Source: Selaginella moellendorffii (lineage: Eukaryota > Plantae > Lycopodiophyta). From it: a DNA stretch of 64,000 nt. Of the stretch, positions 56,562 through 64,000 are shown piece after piece (the stretch's first letter is position 1; each line of letters opens with the position of its first letter). The notes beneath the pieces were generated by a model. It saw nothing but the letters and a program-made list of their open reading frames with translations, did not search any database and was not told the origin of the DNA. The translations under genes and the position numbers were made by a program. The stretch lies in contig NW_003314288.1 of NCBI RefSeq assembly GCF_000143415.4, positions 1,488,056 to 1,552,055 on the forward strand, in the 5' to 3' direction.

Positions 56562-59107
56562 ATGACCAGCTCCGTGGTCTCGGTCTCCTCTCGCTACTGC
56601 CACTTCCCTGGATCCTCCACTGCGAGCAAGAAAGATAAGGTAGCATCCTCTCTCTCTCCCTCGATTTCCAGGAGCAAGCTAGAATGCAAGCACCCAGATC
56701 CTCGTCCCGGCCACCAGCAGCGCATTCTTGTATCTAGGAGGGCTTCCAGATCCTCCAAAGCCAAGGCCAGCGAGGAAGAAGAGGACGACGATGGCGATCC
56801 AGACGCAGCGGCATCCACCAGTGGCAAATCCGAGAAGGAGCGGGCGCGCGAGGAGCTGAAGTGGCTGTGGGGGAGAGGATGGGCGCCATGGGAGGAGGTC
56901 CACCCACCGGAGAATCACTTCGCGCTCAAGAGCTTGGGCGATGCGTCGGTGGAGAATCCGCGGCTGCCGGAGGGCGTGATCGAGCTGCTGGACAAGAAGC
57001 CCAAGAGGGAGAAGAAGGCCCCCGAGGTGAGAGAGGTGGAGGAGGAGCTGGATTTCCACAGCGTGGCGTTTGCGCTGATTCCTCCCAGGGATTGGCCGCC
57101 GCCGGGGTGGGAAGTGGATCAAAAGGAGCTGGAGTTCATCCGCGAGACGCACACCATGTATGAGAATGTGGTGGTGGAAAAGAAGGATTTGGAGGGCGCT
57201 AGAGCTCACGATGATCCGGGGATTTCTCTCTCGCGATGGGAGACTTTCGTAAAACAATATGATGAATGGGTGGCCGCCAACAAGGAAAGACTAGACAAAG
57301 AAGCTCTCGAGGCAAGCATTTCTTTGGAGTTATCTTTCGTAGTGAATTCTCGGAGTTCTAACTTTCTCTTGTTTCGATCGATCATAGGTTGATCCCGAGT
57401 ACTCTCCTGGTAGACGACGCACAGGAGCACGGTACACTGATGGAATGGTTCGTAGTTTTAGTTTTCTCTTCTCCTTGTTCTTCTTTGATCTTGTTTTTTC
57501 ACAGTATGAGCTTCCATTTATATATCCCGGACAGCACCATGTGGGCATGATCGTCCACATTGATAAACACGATGGTGCTTTCATTTACTTTGGTTGCGTT
57601 CACGACGGGTAAGCTCTGTTTCAGCTCGATTCTCTTCCTCGTTTGAAACTTTTTTCTTTTTCATCTTCTTCGATCAGCTGGGTCGGAATTCAAGACAATG
57701 ACTGGTTCAAGCTGCGGCATATCCTTGAAGTCGGGAGCATTGTCGAGGTGGAAGTGCTTGTAAGTTTGATTGATTCACTCGATTTTACGAGTAAACTTCC
57801 TTGTTTTGTAACTACAGGCTAAGCGAGATCCTTACCGCTATCGTTTCCCAATCGAGATGAGGTTCGTGAACCCCAACATCGACAAAGACATGTAAACTCT
57901 TTAAGATCTTTAGAGCTCGGCATTGTAGTGGCTAAAGTTTTTGCGTGCAGATTTAGAAGATTCAAGTATCCCCCAATCATACAACGACCAGGAGATGGAC
58001 ACGATGAGGAAGTCGCTGTAAGTTTTTCGATGGTTGTTCTGTGCTAAGATAGTTTTTTTTTTTTCAGAGAGAAACAGGGAGACCTTTTACTCTAGAGCTG
58101 GAGCCAACCTTTGCTGATGAACCGGATCCCAGAGAATGCTCTCATCCATACATCCCCAAGGTCAGGCACATTAATTGCTCGCTTTAATCTCTTTGTAATC
58201 TTCTGGTTCTCCAGCTCCGGCATTTGTACATTTGCGAGCAATCGATCCTAGATGACGAAGAGGGCACCGGGGATGAAGTGGAAGTCGAAGACGAGAAAGG
58301 AGACGAGACGAACGGCGAGGAAGAAAAAGTTCCTGAACCCACCAAAGAAGAATGGTATGAGTACGTGAACCAGGTAGAGAAAGAGCTTACCGACGAGGAG
58401 GACCTCGACGACGACGATGAGCAACTGATCAAGAGGAAGGCAGCAAGGAAAAATCCGGGCGTCGTTGGGATTTTAGCACCAACAGCAGCTGTTCCATATC
58501 GATCATTCCTTGTGGTAAAGTTCTTTGTTTTTGAGCTACAAACCTTGCAAGGTTTTTAACACTGGTGATCTGCTTTTGTAGAACATTGACAAAGCGGAGC
58601 TTGAGCTGGACGTTGCTCGCGAAGAAAGGCAGGTAAAAGTTTCTCTGTGGAGTTTAGCACTGGTTTAAGACTTGGCTGGGCAGACGAGAAACCGGCTTTA
58701 CAACGAAGCTGCTGCTCAAGGCGACAAGCACGTAGATATCCCACTTCCAAAGCGCCAAGTGATGATGCTGGAGCTAGAGCGAATGCACAGACAGCGGTGC
58801 CGAGAGGAAGAAGAAGCTCTGATGCGTGATGCTACCTGGTAAGTTTCTCTTTCTTGTTTTCAAGTCGAGACTAAGCTGAACTTTTTCTTGTAGCCGGTTA
58901 GAAGCTGGACTTCCAGCTTGTGATCCAAGGTTCTCGGACGATCCATGGCCTGAGAACAAGTTCAATCCACTGAAGAAGATCTGGCAAGCCGACTACATTG
59001 GTGATCCCAAAAAGTATAAGTTCGGAAGGAGGAAGCGTGACAAACGTCCCAGGCATCGCATGACAATGAAAAGAAGCACAGCGGCATCTGAGCAACAGGC
59101 TCCGTAG
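56562..59107 (+). CDS. PTAC10: Plastid transcriptionally active 10 (S1-domain PEP-associated protein), multi-exon
   Basis: Transit peptide, LIPPRDWPPPGWEVD..ELEFIRE, YELPFIYPGQ, HDGWV, KRDPYRYRFPIEMRFV. Confidence 0.88.
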
Positions 59108-59451
59108 CTAGAAAAAAAGAAGATCCTTCGACCTTGAGGACAAGAACACAGTATGATCTTGCGAGATACGAAGTGCTCTCAACTCGCAAGCACAAAGTTG
59201 CTTTTACGCAAACTTGACATTGTATAATGAGATATCTCACCGAGTAATATATCCTCAGCGTCTCATTCAGTCGAGGATTGCCTCCGCCCGCCGGATCCTA
59301 GCGAGGTGTTCCAGAGCGTTTTCTGGACGAAGCTGATGTGTCTCAGCCCCGACGGTCCACCTCTCCCGCTAGTTGAAACGAGGTGGTGGACTTACGAGCG
59401 TTAGCGTCTCCCAGGAAAAATTTGTGAGCTGACTCAAGCGAAACTTCTCAG

Positions 59452-60783
59452 TCACTGCCTTGCAGAGAGCCTCCCCTTCGTGTCTCGGTAGAAGAGCACA
59501 CCGTAGCAAGCCCAGGAACCGAGAGTTGTGGCCGCCACAGAACAGCTACATCACGCACACGAGTGAGTCTTGACTCGAAACGGGAATAGGAGATACCTCA
59601 AGAAGAATTGTACCAAGTCCATGTTGATGCCTTGGTGGGAGAAGTTTGGCTCGAGAAGTGCCGCAAAGATGAGGAGGAGCTGGAGAGCCGTGTTCACCTG
59701 TGTGATAGAAAAGCTTTAAACATAATATATAGCGAGCTAGAGCTTATTTCTTTTCACCTTGCTGATGAAGATCGGTTGCACCTTAGGAGCGCCTTTGACA
59801 AACTCTCCCCAACCAGACCACTGAGGAGAACGCACAATGCAAGCCTGTTAAGGGAGCTAGAATTCTTTCTACACGTACCTTCCATTTTAGCGAGCGAGCA
59901 CGAAGGTAGAAGGCGCCCGTCACAAGAACCGCATCTCTGGCCACTATCAGCACCACCATTGGAGCTGAAAAATATAGAGAAGCTTAGAAAGCCCGATTTC
60001 TTCCTTCACGACAAGGAAACTTACGAGATAGAAGCCCCGTATACGTCATCGACAATGCCACGGATCCTATGAGAACCTGCAAATGGACGAACCAGAGTGC
60101 GTGTTATCACTTTCAACCATCGAAACAATGCACCTTGTCAGCAAGGGGATCAAGATAGGAGCCGAGAGCCGACTTTTCCTTTGTTCTTCTTGCAATGTAG
60201 CCATCGAGCTGTAAGAAGCTGTAAGACCTCGTATCAAACAATGGAACCAACTCAATCGACAAACAAGAAGAGAAAAAAAAAGACTCATACCCAGTCACTG
60301 AATCCTCCCACTAGCATTCCCCAAAATGCTGTTCCTGTATATCCCTCCACGATCGCCCTGGACGCCACTACAAACGAATCAATCACCAGGAAGAGCTGGG
60401 AAGATCTAAAGTAGCAAAACATACCAGGCGAGCACCGGCCCAAGAGCAAGCCGTCCGAGAGAAATGGTGTTTGGCCAAGTGAAAAAATCCTTCGCTGCCC
60501 AGCCTTCTTCTCCGGCCTCCAATTTGGACGAAGCTTTACCGCGACCTTCTTGTTCTTCCTCCGATGGACGCTGCTGCGAGGAAGTGGAAACGAATCGCGG
60601 GCCAAAAATACTCAAGACGCGAGGAATCATCCTCCAATCGTCAAAATCCCGCGGCTTGTCGAGCAGAAATCCATCGCTTCCCTGGGCGCCGACGTACCAG
60701 AGGCCGTGAGCTCCAATGCGCGTGGAGCTCCCGAGCAATCGCCTGGCCGCGATCGCTTTGCACAGCGCCCTCCTCGACGCCAT
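59452..60783 (-). CDS. CLS: Cardiolipin synthase (CDP-alcohol phosphatidyltransferase), multi-exon
   Basis: Mitochondrial-type presequence, FTWPNTISLGR, SDW|LDGYIAR..SALGSYLDPLADK. Confidence 0.88.
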
Positions 60784-60851
60784 TGCGAGTTTGCGAGAGA
60801 AAGTAGAGCGCATTAATAGGGTTAGGGTTTTGTACTCCACGAGCATGAGCT

Positions 60852-62219
60852 ATGGGGTGGACGGATGTAGGCTCCAAGGTAGGGCGCCTCATCCTCGACT
60901 CCTCCCAGCCGATCATCAACCAGCTCCATCGATCGCGATCCCTGCCGCGGCAGCAACAGCAAGAATCCCCCTCTCCTCCTCCTCAGGTACTCCGCGCTCG
61001 ATTTCTCGGGTTTCACATCCTCGTCGTGTAATCTCGGCCAGGACGACCTCCGATCCTCCGGCGATGGCGAATTCCGCGGCCCCGACACCTCCTCTCTATC
61101 GGCATTCCTCTACTCCTTCCTGTCCTCCCCGCAATCCGCCAGCGGCGGCGCGGATGAGTCAAGAGCGTCCTCTTCGTGGGAGGAGGGCTTCTCGGGCGAC
61201 CCCGACGCCGACTGGTTTGTGGTTTCTGGCAATGAGTTAGAGCATTCCATAATGGAGGACTACTTGACCAGCCACTTCGAGAGCCAGGAAGCCATTGCCA
61301 AGCTCCCGCCAGCTTCGGAAGAATCGTCGCTCCTCTCTGACAAGTTTCGCAGCGTTTTGTATCCTTCGCTCCCGACGATCGTCCAAGGCCGCACCTGGGT
61401 GCTGCTCTACAGGTAAGGTGGCATTTCTTCTTCACTCCACTCCATCGCTGCAAGCATGAGCTCACGATGTGTTCTTCGTGGTTTTGGAAACAGCACAGCA
61501 CGGGATGGCATCTCGCTGCATACACTCTATAGGAAAAGCGTCCTACTTCCAGGACCTTGTTTGCTGGTAAGCACACTTTCATCTCCTCGAACTGTGTTCT
61601 ATAGTTCTGGGGTTTCGTAGGTGGCTGGAGATCGAAAGGGCGCAGTTTTTGGGGGATTGCTACTCGCTCCGTTCAAGCCGACCAGGAATAAGTATCAAGG
61701 CACTAATCAGACCTTCGTTTTCACAAACGTCTCTGGCCCGGCCAAAGTATTCCGGCCAACAGGTACTCAATCTTTCACGAAGAGCTACGCATCTTTGTTT
61801 TCAACTCTGGGATCTCGATCGCGCAGGAAGGAACAGATACTACTTCTTGTGCACAAACGACGCATTGGCGATCGGAGGAGGCGGGCATTTTGCTTTGTAC
61901 CTGGATAGCGATCTGTAAGTTTTTTGCGGTTTTTCTCTTCTTTTTCTCCTCGCTGAAGTGAAGCTAAGACAAAATGGTTTGTTCTTTCATCAGATTAACT
62001 GGATCAAGCGGTGCCTGCGAAACTTTCGGGAGCGAGTGCCTGGCGCATGCTGAGGACTTCGATCTAAAAGACGTCGAGGTAGAATTTTTCTTCGATTCTC
62101 TTTCGCGGTTTTGGTGAAGAAGATCGTTGCTTGATCTGTAAATGCAGCTCTGGGGTTTTGCCCATTCGTCTCAGCGAAGCAGCCTTGGCAAAACAACGAA
62201 CGCCTTCGAATCTTTGTGA
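60852..62219 (+). CDS. TLDc/OXR1-like oxidation resistance protein, multi-exon
   Basis: GPDTSSLSAFLYS, LPTIVQGRTWVLLY|STARDGISLHTLYR, GAVFGGLL, LAIGGGGHFALYLD, VE|LWGF. Confidence 0.9.
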
Positions 62220-62314
62220 TGATCCGTTTTTCGTGTACATATACCCGCTAGAACGAAATATAAATATAAAGAGGATCCCATGATACATTTTAGGGTTTAT
62301 CAGAGGCGTCGCAA

Positions 62315-63062
62315 ATGGTGAGTGTTCTTGCGCGATCGATCGATCAATCCGTCACGAGCTTGGGATTCTCGTTTGCGCAGGTCTACCATTCGTCTTTCAA
62401 AGATGAGAGCGGCGCCGGCCAGGCCTGCGGGTGCCCCCTCCTGCCACTCCGGACTCCAATCAAGGGCCCCGCGCCTCTCGCTGATCCTGGTGAGTGATGA
62501 GCTGCATTCTCTCCCAAATCCCCGAGAAAGAATGCTGACTGCCGTGATCTTCTCAAGGCCAATTCGATATCATCGACGAGGCCATCAATTTCTTCCGCGC
62601 AAACGTGCTCTTCCGCAAGTTTGAGGTGAAGAGCTCCGCGGACAAGCTCCTCATCTATCTCACCATGTACATCAACATGGCGCTCAAGCGGATCGAGACG
62701 TGTAAGTCGGAGGCCGAGGGGATCAAGGTGATTATCAATCTTGGGTTGGAGAAGTTCCCCATTCCCGGAGAGCCGGATTTTCCTCTGGGAGGACTCTTCA
62801 CTACTCCTGGATCACCGCAAGAAGCTGGTAAAGTCTTTGCTTCTTTTTCTCCTCTCTTCTCTATTCTTTTTTTTTTTTTTTTGGTGGTGTCTCTAACATT
62901 CTTTGTGGTGCTCTAGATTTGTTTAGAAACTACTTAAAGCAGCTCAGAGAGGAAACTAGCGGCAGGCTTATGGGCCGTGTGTATCGACCCAATGGAAGTC
63001 CCAATAAATGGTGGCTAGCATTTGCAAAGAGGAGGTTTATGAACATCCTTCTTCCTTTCTAG
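62315..63062 (+). CDS. ARPC3: Arp2/3 complex subunit 3 (p21-Arc), multi-exon
   Basis: M|VYHSSF, LLPLRT..KGPAP, DIIDEAI.FFRANV, ADKLLIYLT, PNKWWLAFAKRRFMN. Confidence 0.95.
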
Positions 63063-63298
63063 AACAACGTAAGTTCTGGTGACAAAAGTTCCAAAACCTC
63101 ATCGTATTTTGTTTTACAGTTGAAAGATATCTTCTAGGAATTCTATCCGTGAACCATCATCTCCCGGTATGCTTTAGCTCGATTTTATGCCGGTTGCAAA
63201 AGGTTTTAAAACGTTTGCAACTTTATAATTACAGAAAAAAAAGAGTTCTCTTGTTTGTGTGTAAAGAATGGGCCTGCTCTGTACATCAAGGCCAAAAC

Positions 63299-64000
63299 TC
63301 ATTGATCATCATCTCGCGTACTCAGCAAAACAAATGAACGGCTATGAATAAAAGACCGAAGGCTCCTCAACTTGGCAGCTCCAGGCTCTCGTCTGATGCG
63401 AGACAAGACTTCGACGATGTCTTTCATCGAGGGCCGTCTTGCTGGGGACGGATCCGTGCTAATCAGAGCTATCTTGAAGACGCTGCTGATTTCTTCCTGG
63501 AAAGGCCCGTTGACGTTCCTCAGGATGGGATCTACGATGTCACTCAAAGGCTGGTCGTCTGCAATGCTGTTCCTGACCCACGAGACAAGGCTCGTACCAT
63601 CCTCCATCATCGGACGTTTCCCAGTCAAGAGCTCTAGCAGGACTACTCCAAAGCTGTAAACGTCTGCTTTCTGGCTCACCTTCGCTGATTCTGCAAGACA
63701 TAGAAAGGCATTTCAAGGTGAGAACTTGAAAAGTTGATGAAGCTCTTTTAACTAACTAGTGCGTACCAGGTGCTGTGTAGCCGAAGGATCTGTTCAAGCA
63801 GGACAAGTTTCTCGAGTCCCCGATGAGCTTGGCTAGTCCGACATCCGCAATGCGAGCGCCAAACGCCGAGTCTAGAAGTACGTTGTTGGACTTGATGTCG
63901 CAGTGCACGATTGAGTACTGATGGTGCAAATATGACAGGCCTTGAGCAGCTCCCACGGCAATTTTGTACCGGGTGTTCCAGTGAAGCTTGGGTCCCGAAG
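63299..64000 (-). CDS. Receptor-like kinase, 3' part (probably an LRR-RLK); continues beyond the window
   Basis: [33 protein letters not shown]|[24 protein letters not shown]. Confidence 0.9.

Overview
Eukaryotic, plant nuclear DNA. Very short (about 50-70 bp) GT-AG introns, tight gene packing, telo-boxes and land-plant gene families suggest the lycophyte Selaginella (inference). The window has three zones. (1) 1-10.4 kb is a decayed multi-gene DNA-transposon region. It holds a Sola1/DUF7869-like DDD transposase with an En/Spm Tnp1-like N-terminal domain, and a convergent spliced gene encoding NLS + polyproline + ParB/sulfiredoxin-like domain whose first intron carries three 80-bp hairpins. 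It also holds a GCM-like/MULE/SWIM transposase and a small C2H2-like ORF. (2) 10.4-21 kb is a nest of LTR-retroelement relics: a non-coding LTR element with tRNA-Met PBS and PPT, a solo LTR with a 5-bp TSD and tandem ABRE/G-boxes, and an inverted internal fragment. (3) 22-64 kb is a gene-dense block: OTP51-like PPR-LAGLIDADG, GDPD, Derlin, CBF5/dyskerin, an atypical kinase, SCD2, two unknown genes, PRP4, GALT, CYP65/PPIL2, an SD2 lectin RLK, a Gly-rich protein, a DevT-like metallophosphoesterase, a ZNFX1-like relic, pTAC10, cardiolipin synthase, a TLDc protein, ARPC3 and the 3' end of an RLK. The best candidate for an undescribed system is the transposase + ParB-like gene + palindrome-array module at 1-5.3 kb. 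All family calls come from motif recognition, not database searches.
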